Shown here in pieces: positions 28,212 through 38,800 of a DNA stretch of 58,799 nt. The translations under genes were made by a program, and so were the position numbers. The first letter of the stretch is position 1. The number at the start of each line of letters is the position of its first letter. The notes beneath the pieces were generated by a model, which saw nothing but the letters and a program-made list of their open reading frames with translations, searched no databases and was not told where the DNA came from. Location of the stretch: NCBI GenBank assembly GCA_033762115.1, contig JANRLX010000045.1, positions 1 to 58,799 on the forward strand, in the 5' to 3' direction. The stretch is from Verrucomicrobiota bacterium (GTDB taxonomy: Bacteria > Verrucomicrobiota > Verrucomicrobiia > Limisphaerales > SXQI01).

Positions 28212-30638
28212 ATGGAGGAAATCCTGAAATTATTGGGCCGACATCATTATACACCTTCCAATGTCAGGGTTTTACTTGAGAAGCTAGGGTGGCATCCGAG
28301 CCGGCAAAAGGAACTTGCCGCCACCTTGCGGGAATTAACGAGCCAGGGAAAGCTCATCCGTCTCACCGGCAATCGCTATGCCCTCCCCCCCAAGTCTCCA
28401 CCGATCTCGCATGGCAGGCCCTCGTTTCCGACGAAAACCAGCAAACCTGTTCGGCACATGGATAAGGAACCGCAGCAGGAGATCATCACGGGGAGGATTC
28501 GTTTCAGCAAAGGGGGGACTGGGTTTATTGATGCCACGGATGGAAAGACCTATACTGTCATCGTAGCAAAGGAATCAGCCGGAAGCGCGATGCATAATGA
28601 TCGTGTTGCTGTCCGGATTCTTGGCAAACGGACCGGCACCCCCGCTCGGGGCGGTGACATGTCCGGTGAAGTGGTGGAAATCCAGGAACGAAGCCGCAAG
28701 CAGTTCGTGGGCACATTCCTGAGCAAAGGGCGTTCGTTGATTGTGCAACCGGACGACCCTCGAATGCCTGATGAAATCCATGTGTCCCCTCCACGGGATG
28801 TCGGGCGCCCGGTCCACGATGGTGACAAGGTGGTTGTCGAGCTTTCGCTTCAGCATAGCGGACATGGGTATTGGCACGGGAGAATCGTTGAAGTCCTCGG
28901 CCCACCCGATGAGGAGGGAGTGGATATGCTTTCGATCATCCGCAATTACGATTTGCCACTCCGGTTTCCAGAAGGTGTGCTGGCCGAAGCCGAAGCGATC
29001 GGGAAGGAGATCAAACCGGAGGATTTGCAGGGGCGGGTGGATTGCCGCGGTCATCTCGTGATTACAATTGATCCGGAGGACGCGAAGGATTTCGATGATG
29101 CCATCTGCATCAAGCGCGAGGGAAACAGTCGCTGGCGTGCCTGGGTGCATATTGCAGATGTTTCACATTACGTGAAAACGGGTTCAGCGCTGGATAGGGA
29201 GGCCGCCAAACGTGGAAATTCGACCTATCTTGTTGATCGTGTGATCCCGATGCTGCCTGAGGCTCTCAGCAATGAACTCTGCTCTTTAAAGCCAAATGTG
29301 GATCGCCTGACAAAGTGTGTTGAGTTTGTACTGGGTGAGGCTGGGGAAGTTTTGGAGAGCAAAATTTATACTGCGGTCATTCATTCAAAACGGAGGTTCA
29401 GTTATCCTGAAGCGCTCAAGATTTTGCAAAGCACCGCTGTGACCGAAGTCGAACAGATGCTTCATAACGCCCATAAAATGGCGCAGAAGCTTCGGGCAAA
29501 TCGAATGCGGGCCGGGGCTTTGGATCTGGAATTTCCCGAAGTCAAAATCCGTCTGGATGAAAAAGGGGAAGTGAGTTCCATCGAGAAAATCTACAACGAT
29601 ATTTCCCATCAATTAATTGAAGAGTTCATGCTCCTGGCCAATGAGGCGGTGGCCACTGAATTGATGAGAAGCCAGAAAGGACGATCCGTGTTTCGGGTCC
29701 ACGAAGCGCCAACTCCGCAAAAACTGGACGAATTCAGGGAGGAGCTGGGCATCCATGATATTCGTGTGGGAAACCTGATGAATCGGATGGAGGTACAGAG
29801 GATGTTGAAACTGCTGCATCTTCATCCCAGCGGGCCTGCGCTTAAAGTAGGTTTCCTCAAATCGCTCATGCGCGCTCGTTATGGGGTTGAACCGTTAGGA
29901 CATTATGGTTTGGCCAAGAGCGATTACACTCATTTTACCTCACCGATCCGCCGTTATGCTGATTTGCTGGTGCATCGGGCCTTGTTCAACCAGCCACTGG
30001 TTCCAAAAGGAGAACGGCTGGATGAAGTGACGGAGCATATTTCAGAAACTGAACGAACATCTGATGATGCGGAACGGGACACGAAAGCGGTGAAGTTGCA
30101 CGCCTACCTGGAAAAGCAGCTCAGTTCAGGAGATCTGGTGACTTATTCAGCAATGATCCTTGAAGCACGGCCTTTCGGGTTGTTCATCGAAGTTCCGGAC
30201 CTGGACATCAGCGGCGGCGTTCCCATGAGTTGCTTGTCAGATGATTATTACGAATTCGACAAGTTCAGGCACGTGCTGGTTGGGCGCCGGACTGGGCGAA
30301 TCATGCGCCCCGGAGGAAAAATCCAGGTGCAGGTTGCCAAGGTCAATCGCAGGAAGCGGGAAGTGGATTTCACGCTGGCAAGGGAAGGGCGGAAAGCCAC
30401 GATTACAGAGGAGCGCCCGCGTCGCCCCTCCCCCCGTGCGAGGCACCAGGTCCAGGCACGAAACAAATTCGGTGAGCAGCGCCAGAGGAAAGGCCCAAAC
30501 CGGCACAGGAAAAGTCATACGGAGCATTCCTGGAGCGGTTCCAAAAAGAGCGCAAAAAAGTCTTCAGGCAAAGCTCACTTCAAGACCCATCATTCCGCCA
30601 AAGGAAAATCAAGACCGACAATTTCTGTTGGCCGTTGA
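28212..30638 (+). CDS. rnr: Ribonuclease R (RNB domain, S1, basic tail)
   Basis: TIDPEDAKDFDDA, HIADVSHYV, IEEFMLLAN, YTHFTSPIRRYADL, K/R-rich C-terminus. Confidence 0.93.
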   Translation: MEEILKLLGRHHYTPSNVRVLLEKLGWHPSRQKELAATLRELTSQGKLIRLTGNRYALPPKSPPISHGRPSFPTKTSKPVRHMDKEPQQEIITGRIRFSKGGTGFIDATDGKTYTVIVAKESAGSAMHNDRVAVRILGKRTGTPARGGDMSGEVVEIQERSRKQFVGTFLSKGRSLIVQPDDPRMPDEIHVSPPRDVGRPVHDGDKVVVELSLQHSGHGYWHGRIVEVLGPPDEEGVDMLSIIRNYDLPLRFPEGVLAEAEAIGKEIKPEDLQGRVDCRGHLVITIDPEDAKDFDDAICIKREGNSRWRAWVHIADVSHYVKTGSALDREAAKRGNSTYLVDRVIPMLPEALSNELCSLKPNVDRLTKCVEFVLGEAGEVLESKIYTAVIHSKRRFSYPEALKILQSTAVTEVEQMLHNAHKMAQKLRANRMRAGALDLEFPEVKIRLDEKGEVSSIEKIYNDISHQLIEEFMLLANEAVATELMRSQKGRSVFRVHEAPTPQKLDEFREELGIHDIRVGNLMNRMEVQRMLKLLHLHPSGPALKVGFLKSLMRARYGVEPLGHYGLAKSDYTHFTSPIRRYADLLVHRALFNQPLVPKGERLDEVTEHISETERTSDDAERDTKAVKLHAYLEKQLSSGDLVTYSAMILEARPFGLFIEVPDLDISGGVPMSCLSDDYYEFDKFRHVLVGRRTGRIMRPGGKIQVQVAKVNRRKREVDFTLAREGRKATITEERPRRPSPRARHQVQARNKFGEQRQRKGPNRHRKSHTEHSWSGSKKSAKKSSGKAHFKTHHSAKGKSRPTISVGR

Positions 30639-30725
30639 TTGGCGGATGAATTTTTGAAAAACATCCCACTTTGAAATTTTCAAAGCAGGAGGGACGCGTA
30701 CACTGCCCGGGACAAACTTGCCCAT

Positions 30726-31478
30726 ATGGCTGCCGAGTCACAGTTATTGTTGTTCCCTTTCAATAAGCCGCTCCTGAACGAGTTTGGAAATGCGTTTTTC
30801 AGCGAGGTTCCGCAGAAGCCGGGCGTTTACCTGATGAGTGATGAAAAAGGACGCCTGCTTTATATTGGCCAATCGAAAAATCTCAGAATCCGGCTGAATT
30901 ATTATAAAAACGCGAAACCCGGACGAGAACCTAAAAAGGTGATCCGGATGTTGGGGCATGTCAAAAAGCTGGCATGGGAGGAATGCGAATCTGCAAGGGC
31001 CGCGCTGAAAAGAGAAATCCAGCTGCTCAGGGCATTAAAGCCAAAATTCAACAAGGTGAACACGGGATTGGGAATTTTTTCTTATGTCATGGTTTTTCAA
31101 GCGAATGACGGACTTGAAGCGCGCATTGGAAATGAACCTGACCTTAAATGCGGTGAAGTGTTTGGTCCTTTCAAAAATCGATCAATAGTTCGAACAGCGT
31201 TGTCAGCTTTGGAAAAGCTTTGCTGGTTCAGCCTGAACAATCCGACAGAATGGGCTCGAATTCCTATTCATTTAGGCAGAATGGGAGCACGACGGGATTT
31301 TACGCTTCGAGTTCAGGAAGATAAGTTTAAAGACTTTCTAAGGGGCTGCGGAAAACAATTCCTGGAAACGATTGAACGGTTGCAGGCTTTGGCTCCAACG
31401 CGTTTTGAAAGTGTCCTGATAAATGAATTGTTAACTCACACAAAGAATTTTCAGGAATCAATCATTGTCAATCAGTAA
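30726..31478 (+). CDS. GIY-YIG nuclease (UvrC/Cho N-terminal-like)
   Basis: PQKPGVYLM...LLYIGQSKNLRIRL, ALKRE..L....KPKFN. Confidence 0.85.
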   Translation: MAAESQLLLFPFNKPLLNEFGNAFFSEVPQKPGVYLMSDEKGRLLYIGQSKNLRIRLNYYKNAKPGREPKKVIRMLGHVKKLAWEECESARAALKREIQLLRALKPKFNKVNTGLGIFSYVMVFQANDGLEARIGNEPDLKCGEVFGPFKNRSIVRTALSALEKLCWFSLNNPTEWARIPIHLGRMGARRDFTLRVQEDKFKDFLRGCGKQFLETIERLQALAPTRFESVLINELLTHTKNFQESIIVNQ

Positions 31479-31516
31479 AAAAACCACGCGGCCAACTTTT
31501 ATTGACCGCGTGTTTT
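31477..31516. terminator. Bidirectional intrinsic terminator
   Basis: A-tract, CACGCGG(CCAA)...(TTGA)CCGCGTG stem, T-tract. Confidence 0.65.
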
Positions 31517-31870
31517 ACCTCTTCCTGTTGCGCCCCTTTTCCCCTGCGCTCTAACCCCACTTACCCCCTTGTGACACAATTACTCAATCTAACCTGCGCT
31601 TACTTCCTGCGGCGCTGGCCGCTTACCTTCGGTCCCCAAGTCTCTGCAGCAAGTGGACTTCCACCACTTCCGGGCTATCATCCGCGCGATACTGGCTGCC
31701 GCAGAGAGTTGGAGACATTGTGTTCATTTCAAATTTTCCTTTCATTCCGTTTGTTAGTTTCTGCAATCAACTTACGCTGCGGGAAAAAAAAGAAAATCGG
31801 ATGTGAAACTGAAAAAAAATTCAGGGAACCTGATGAGCCAGATCAGGGATTTCAGTAAAAGAGCATAAGG

Positions 31871-33253
31871 TCAGGCGATCAGGGCTTTGACCACATTGCC
31901 ATGGACATCGGTAAGACGAAAATCCCGCCCGGCATGACGAAAGGTCAATTTCTCATGATCAAACCCGAGCAAATGAAGAATCGTGGCGTGGAAATCATGA
32001 ACGTGCACAGGATTTTCTGTTACTTCACGGCCATATTCGTCGGTAGCTCCGTAGATGGTGCCACCTTTTACCCCCCCGCCAGCGAGCCATGAGGAAAATG
32101 CCTTGTTGTGATGGCTTCGGCCTGTGGGCGAATCTGTGTTGGGAGTGCGTCCGAATTCCGTCGTCCAAACAACAAGAGTATCTTCCAGCATTCCTCGCGA
32201 TTTGAGATCCTTGAGGAGACCGGCAATGGGTTGGTCCACATTTCTGGCCAGAGGTTCATGCGAGTGCATGTCACTATGGGCATCCCAATTGTTTGAGGAG
32301 CCGACATCGATCAATTCGATAAAGCGTACACCGCGTTCGGCAAGGCGCCGGGCTATCAAACATTGCCAGGCAAAACCTTTGGTGCTCCCACGTTCGAGAC
32401 CGTAAAGATTCAAGGTGGCATCGGTTTCCCTTGAAAGGTCGAGCACTTCAGGCATTTCCTGCTGCATGCCGAAAGCGGTTTCGTAAGTTTTAATCCGGGC
32501 GGAAAGGGCTGGATCTGCGGCACGGGTTTGCTGGTGCTTACGGTTAAAACGATCCAGCAGACCAAGTTCGAGTTCCTGGATTTTGCGGGAGGGAGCGCGC
32601 CGGGAAAGGTTCTGGATTGGTTCCGCTCCAGCCAAAACACGGGTGCCTTGATGACATCCGGGCAGGAAATCTGAACTGAAAACCTGTGTTCCCGCGTAAG
32701 GGAGGGCAGGAGCGAGGACAACAAACGAAGGAAGGTTTTGATTTTCAGTTCCCAGGCCATAGCTGACCCATGAGCCGATGCTTGGCCTCGCAAAAGTAAC
32801 GGAGCCGGTATGAATGCCGAGAGTTGCCTGAAAATGATCGTTATGATCCCCTTTCATGGAACGGACAAGACAGATGTCATCCATGACTTCGCGAATATGT
32901 GGAAAGAGATCAGAAACAGGTGTCCCGCATTTCCCGCCAGGTTTAAAATCCCAAAGAGTTTTCAGATACAGGGGTGCGCCCGGGTGGTCTGAAACAGGTT
33001 TCCCATGGTCCTGAATCAAGCGAGGTTTCGGGTCAAATGAATCCATGTGGGAAACCCCACCGGTCATATAGAGGAAAATGACGCGTTTAGCCTTGCCGGG
33101 AAAGTGAGGTGCGCGCGGTGCAAGAGAATTTCCGCCATTCGTTCCATTCTCAGCAGCCAGCAAATGGGAAATAATTCCTGGAAGCATGATGGACCCGCTG
33201 ACCAGCGAACGCAGCATCTGGCGACGACTCCAGGGAGAATAAAAAGGGCTCAT
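31871..33253 (-). CDS. DUF1501-family Tat-exported protein
   Basis: SRRQML signal, GGVSHMDSFDPKP, ARRLAERGVRF, WDAH, EFGRTP, RLTDVHG. Confidence 0.92.
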   Translation of the reverse strand: MSPFYSPWSRRQMLRSLVSGSIMLPGIISHLLAAENGTNGGNSLAPRAPHFPGKAKRVIFLYMTGGVSHMDSFDPKPRLIQDHGKPVSDHPGAPLYLKTLWDFKPGGKCGTPVSDLFPHIREVMDDICLVRSMKGDHNDHFQATLGIHTGSVTFARPSIGSWVSYGLGTENQNLPSFVVLAPALPYAGTQVFSSDFLPGCHQGTRVLAGAEPIQNLSRRAPSRKIQELELGLLDRFNRKHQQTRAADPALSARIKTYETAFGMQQEMPEVLDLSRETDATLNLYGLERGSTKGFAWQCLIARRLAERGVRFIELIDVGSSNNWDAHSDMHSHEPLARNVDQPIAGLLKDLKSRGMLEDTLVVWTTEFGRTPNTDSPTGRSHHNKAFSSWLAGGGVKGGTIYGATDEYGREVTENPVHVHDFHATILHLLGFDHEKLTFRHAGRDFRLTDVHGNVVKALIA

Positions 33254-33256
33254 GGG

Positions 33257-35686
33257 TTAATCGAGATAGAGAAATTCATTTGAGCTGAACATCACACGGG
33301 CATAACTCCGCAAGGCCAGTCTTTGCCGCTGATCTTCCGGAATATTTGTGCTGGCCAATTCCTGAACACAGTTTTGGATGAATTCGTCACCCATTCGGAT
33401 TTCATCACGTTTTGGAGAGCGTCCAAAGAGAAGACGAAATGCGAAAGTGATCCGATCTTCATTTGAACGTTCCGCCATCCCAATCCGCACAGCCAGATGA
33501 TCAGCCTGCTGCTCCATGAACTCGTTGTTCATGAAATAGAGCGCCTGCAATGCGGTGGTGCTGAGCGGGCGTTCGCCTGTGGGGGCATTGGGATCGGCAC
33601 CGTCAAAGATCTCCAGGAATGGCTGTTTTTTGATCCGCTGCTGCATGAGGTAAATGCTCCTGCGGGGAGTTTCATACACTGCGATAAATGGTGTGTGTTG
33701 AGTATATTTCCATTCCTGCTCAGAAGGAAATGGATGGCCCATGCCCCTGGAGCGATCCAGGTTGCCGCCAATCGCGAGGAGACTGTCACGCAATTCCTCC
33801 GCACTCAGTCTTCGTCGTGAAAAATGGGCGAGATAATCATTGTTCACATCCCGGTCTGCTGGGTTCAAATGGTCTTCTGTGGCGAGTTGGTAGGTTTGTG
33901 AAAGCATGACTAATTTGTGCATCGCCTTGATGGACCAGCCATTTTCACAAAAATAATTCGCGAGATAATCCAGCAATTCCGGATGAGTCGGGAGTTTGCC
34001 GCGGGTGCCAAAATCGTTGGGTGTCTGGACAATGCCTTTGCCGAAGTGATGCTGCCAAATGCGGTTAACCATGACCCGAGCTGTCAATGGATGGTGAGGA
34101 GAGGCAATCCAATCCGCGAGTTCACGACGGCCACTGGCCGGATATGCTTTCGGAAGATCCCCTCCTCCAAGTGATTTAACAAAACCACGCTGAATTTCAT
34201 CACCTAATTTTCCCGGGTCCCCTTTGCGGTGAAGTTTGGCATTTTCAATTTTGCCTTCTGAAACAGCGTATGCCCTTTCAGCGGCAGGGGGGCGAGCTTC
34301 GAGTCGCCTCTGCCGAGTTCGAGCGTCTTCCAAATCCGCTTTTACCTCAACCAGCGTGCGTCGTTTCTTTTGGGAAGCCTCAGGAGAAGTGTCCGTTTTA
34401 TTCTCCGCCTTGAGTTTTTCAAAGCGTTCAACCTGATTTCGTTCCTGGGTGAGTTGTTCAATCCTGTCGTCCAAATCGGCTAATTCTTTCTCGTAAGCTG
34501 CCACCCTGGCAGCTTCCTCCGGAGCCGCGAGCACGATGAAATCCTTGGGATGTTTGTAGATTTCTGTTCCGGGGAATGCGTAGCGCGTGCTGTTAAAAAT
34601 CCCATAAAGTGCGTAGTAATCCTTTGCAGAGATCGGATCGAATTTGTGATTATGGCAACGTGCGCAACTCAGGCTCATCCCAAGCATTGCCTTTCCCATA
34701 TTGTCGATGATGTCTTCAATTGTTAAATGGAATTCATTGGCTCGTGAGCCGAAACGGCGGGCAATGGCGAGGTAACCTGTGGCAATGGTTTGCTCAAAGC
34801 GTTCCTGATCGTTTCGAAACGGAAGAAGATCTCCTGCAAGTTGTTCTTTAATGAACTGATCATACGGTTTGTCCTGATTGAAGGAGTCAATGACGTAGTT
34901 ACGATACTTGAAGGCTGATGGCACTGGAAAATCGGAGTTACAGCCGGATGTATCAGCGTATCTCACGACATCCAGCCAATGTCGTCCCCATTGTTCTCCA
35001 TAATGAGGCGAGGCGAGAAGCCGATCGATGAGTTTCTCATAAGCGTTCGCGCTGGAATCCTTGACGAAAGCATCGACCTCAGCGGGAGTTGGCGGCAATC
35101 CAGTCAACCCATAACTTGCCCGCCGGATCAGCGTGGTGCGGTCAGCAGGTTTCACCTGCCTTAAGCCTTGCTGCTCGAGTTTTGCGAGAATAAATCGATC
35201 TATTTCGGTGGACTTTGCAGTGGCTGATTTAGGGCTGGGAACGGTCACTTTCCGAACTGGCTTCAAAGACCAATGATTCGTGGAGGAGTTTTCTGAACTG
35301 GCGGCAGAAGGATATGGCAGACCGATTTGAATCCATTTCTCAAGAGCCTTGATCTGTCCATCTGCAAGCTTCTCCTTCGGCATTTTAAGGTCCGGGTGGG
35401 AATGTCGAATTGCTTGAATTAAAAGGCTTTTGTCCGCATCCCCTGGAACGACAGCAGAACCTGAATCTCCCCCCTTCAAAATACTTTCCCGTGAATCAAG
35501 CGTAAAACCGCCCTTGATTTTTTCGCTTCCTGCACTGTGACAGCGATAGCAATGTTCGACCAAAACAGGACGAATCTGCTTTTCAAAGAATTCTTCGGCA
35601 TCGGAAGTATTTGAAAAGACGCTGATACAGCCGAGCAACAAACCCACAATGATCAAAGCATTGAGATTTGGCTTCAAGTAACGCAT
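33257..35686 (-). CDS. Planctomycete-type cytochrome c / DUF1549-DUF1553 (PSCyt1-PSCyt2-PSD1) protein
   Basis: FFEKQIRPVL, CYRCH, YGEQWGRHWLDVVRYAD, CARCHNHKFDPI, ARVMVNRIWQHHFG, SNEFLYLD. Confidence 0.92.
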   Translation of the reverse strand: MRYLKPNLNALIIVGLLLGCISVFSNTSDAEEFFEKQIRPVLVEHCYRCHSAGSEKIKGGFTLDSRESILKGGDSGSAVVPGDADKSLLIQAIRHSHPDLKMPKEKLADGQIKALEKWIQIGLPYPSAASSENSSTNHWSLKPVRKVTVPSPKSATAKSTEIDRFILAKLEQQGLRQVKPADRTTLIRRASYGLTGLPPTPAEVDAFVKDSSANAYEKLIDRLLASPHYGEQWGRHWLDVVRYADTSGCNSDFPVPSAFKYRNYVIDSFNQDKPYDQFIKEQLAGDLLPFRNDQERFEQTIATGYLAIARRFGSRANEFHLTIEDIIDNMGKAMLGMSLSCARCHNHKFDPISAKDYYALYGIFNSTRYAFPGTEIYKHPKDFIVLAAPEEAARVAAYEKELADLDDRIEQLTQERNQVERFEKLKAENKTDTSPEASQKKRRTLVEVKADLEDARTRQRRLEARPPAAERAYAVSEGKIENAKLHRKGDPGKLGDEIQRGFVKSLGGGDLPKAYPASGRRELADWIASPHHPLTARVMVNRIWQHHFGKGIVQTPNDFGTRGKLPTHPELLDYLANYFCENGWSIKAMHKLVMLSQTYQLATEDHLNPADRDVNNDYLAHFSRRRLSAEELRDSLLAIGGNLDRSRGMGHPFPSEQEWKYTQHTPFIAVYETPRRSIYLMQQRIKKQPFLEIFDGADPNAPTGERPLSTTALQALYFMNNEFMEQQADHLAVRIGMAERSNEDRITFAFRLLFGRSPKRDEIRMGDEFIQNCVQELASTNIPEDQRQRLALRSYARVMFSSNEFLYLD

Positions 35687-35868
35687 AACCAGTAAGGGAT
35701 GGCATCAACCCTATCAAATTGAACAAGATTTCACAAGCGTTTACACCCTGGAATTTTTGCCTCAAGGAGCAAACCAGGGTGGTTCATAGGGAAGGAATAG
35801 CCACTCGCGCCGCAAAACATTTTCCAGGGAAATGGCTACTCAGAACGAGATAGGACTGCCTCGGTATT

Positions 35869-38800
35869 TCATTGCTGAAGCGTCGCTGGAGTGTGCACAG
35901 GAATATATGTTGTCCCGTACCAACCCAGCGGCACCCAAAGCCCTCGATCCAAATCACCGTCTGCATCCTTCAGTGTAAAAGAGAGACAGGAGCCCAACTC
36001 ATCCTGCTTGAGAAGTTTAATGCTTAAAGGATTGGATGCATCGTAGAGATGAATTCTGGAGGAACGAGTTACCAGCAACTCTCCGAATACCAGCATTTCC
36101 GATAGCGGGGAAGAAAGGGTCAATGAAGCAAGCTGCGCAAGTTTTCCTTCCGTGGAAAGAGTCCAGGTTTCGAGTGCGGAGTTAGTGGAAACAGATGTCG
36201 CCAGGATTAATTGATCTTTATGAACGAGGCCAGATCGAATCCATTCATTGGTAGAACGAACTGAGTCGATGAGATGGGCTTCCACTCCATCATAAGCGAG
36301 TGCATCGAGGTAGAAAGCTTTGGAATCACCCTCCGAATCTTTCCGCAGCCCTTGTGTATAGAGAACTGAGCCTCCATGCGAAATTGCCATGATTGGCGCT
36401 GAAATATTCACTGGAGCACGAACAACAGGGTCAGAAGGATCGGAATAATCAATCACATCCAGAAACGCATTTCTGTGCCATTCACCCCTGGTCTCCTGTT
36501 GAAAGACATCATGGGGTTGGTTGGTAACGGTAATTGGAAGGATCGCCTGGTATTCCGTAGTGACGTAGCTGGCGAAGACAAGTCCATTGGCGGCGAGGAT
36601 GGATGTTCCATGAGCATTTCCGTTTGTTCGAGTAAGCTTTAAATCAGAAACGAATCGCGGACCTTCGGGGGCGACTGAAAATGCGAGTAGTCGAGAAGAG
36701 TAGCCGTTACCCCACCAATATGGATACCGACGCATGGCAAGGCCGCCAATCGAATCAGCTAGGAGCGGTGGGAAAGCCCAATCGCGAAAATACCAATAAG
36801 GTGAAGTATAACTTTCCTGAAACCAGATGAGCAAATTATCTTTGGGCCAAAGTGGCGTTACAGAGGAATAACTGTCCAAAGCGGGGGCGATAGCTTGTCC
36901 CAGTAAAGGCAGTTCAGGCAACTGACCCAGGTCATAAACCGAAAGAACGGTGGTTTCCAAATTGGTGGAAGCCTGGTTCAGCCACGGATGGAAAACCGGG
37001 TTATACCAATAATTCTGTTGCCCCTGGAGAACATAAAGTTTCCCATTTTTTGCGACACTGCTGATGATGTTCAGGTTTGTCAGGGCCACGGTTCTAACAA
37101 TTCGGGTCAGGTCAGTGGCCAGGGAAATGTGAACCAAAGGAGAAACATCATTTTCAATTTGAAGCAGATAATCCCCAGCAAGATGAAGTCGATCCGTTTT
37201 CCAAGCCAATACAGTGTCATTCACGACTTCTGGATTGTCGCGATCGGTAAGGTCAATAGTAACCAATTCCTGAGCGGAGATGGCCAATAAACGATTTTTG
37301 TGCAATGCGGTGCGTCGCGTCGTGAAATCGCGTTCTACAATTCCTCGCTTGACGAGATTTGAACTTCCAAAATCGATTAGCTGAACTCCCTGAATGAAAG
37401 CATGATTGGTGTTATATGCTGAAAATGGAATGGCGACCAAACCTGCTTCTTCGACGACAGTAAATGCTTTTTCGTTATGCTGCGCTTCACTGGAACTCCA
37501 CTGCTCCCCAAGGTAGATTTTGCTCAATAAGGCAGGCTTGGCCGGATTAGCCACATCAAAAAGCTGGACGGTTGTGCGCCATGAGTTGCTCACCTCAACA
37601 CCGATCGTGAGGAGTCGGTCGCCAAGAGGGTGGATGTAAGTAGACCAACCCGGGATTTCAAGCTCCCCTACCCTGCGTGGGTTGGCAGGGTCGCTGAGGT
37701 CGATAATCCAAAGGGGGTCGATGCGCAAAAACGTCACCGCGTACAATTTGTCCCCATCAAAGCGAGTTGCGTGAAGCTGCTCATTCTCAATGATGTTTAA
37801 GTGTCCCAATTGGACAGGAGCCGCAGCATTGGTAAGACTGAAAGTTTGAACAATTGTTCTGATTACCCACCTGTTGCTTACGCTGCCCTGGAATGAACCG
37901 ATCGCAGAAAAAACACTCTCTTTGTAATTCATTTTGAATTTATCAGTGATCTGCCCTTCAGTGTGGAGTCGGGACTTGAACTCAAAATTTCCGTCAATGG
38001 AAGAAATATCGAAAACTGAAACCTCCGACCGGGACGCATCAGAAACCCACTTATTTTGAGCAACGAACAGATAAGCATCCGTTGCATAAATTGCATTCGC
38101 ATAACCTGTGAGCCAGTGAGTCTTTTTCTTCACTGGCTGGTCAAAATTTGTGATGTCAATTGAGATGACTTCAGAACCTTGCTCTGCAATAGCTTCACTT
38201 GAACCGGTGGCGTCAATCAACCGATTGTATCCATAACGACTTGAGACGAGATAAAGGGAGGAACCGACCAGGCGAGACTCCTGTACATGACCAGGAATTC
38301 CCATTTCAGAAGTTAAAGTGGGGACGCCATTATTGATTTCAAAAAACAGAACACGACTCTCCGCGCCATTGTTCCAATAGTAACAATTATCTCTTGCAAT
38401 CAACACCACCCGGTTTGTGCCAATGACATACATATCCTCACCCCCCAGGTTGAGGGTAAATGAACCGATTAAGTTGGGAGAATCAGGATCAGTCACATCA
38501 ATCACTTGCAGGCCACGATATTGGTTGAAAAAGAAAAGAGTATTCCCGGACAATTTCCAAATATCCGCCTCAACCACCTGTCGAGGCGAACGCTCGGCTG
38601 GAGCAGAGACCGGGGAGCCTGGCGCTCCCAAATTATCAAACAGACCAACGGCGGGGAAGTATTGGATCGCATCCTCCGAAAGTGTTTCCAATGATTGATA
38701 CTTTGTTATTCCTGTGTAAAAGGAGGCTGGAAGAGGATCTGAAAAATCACCGCGAACCCTCAGCAATTCCATATCTGCTGTAACAGGAATGCGGAAGGTA

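Noticed and set aside
31502..31858. 118-aa plus-strand ORF
   Set aside because: Starts inside a terminator, has no RBS and has non-protein-like composition; minus-strand signals are better
31871..35686. DUF1501 + PSCyt/PSD1 pair as a novel system
   Set aside because: A very common multi-copy module in PVC genomes, though functionally unknown
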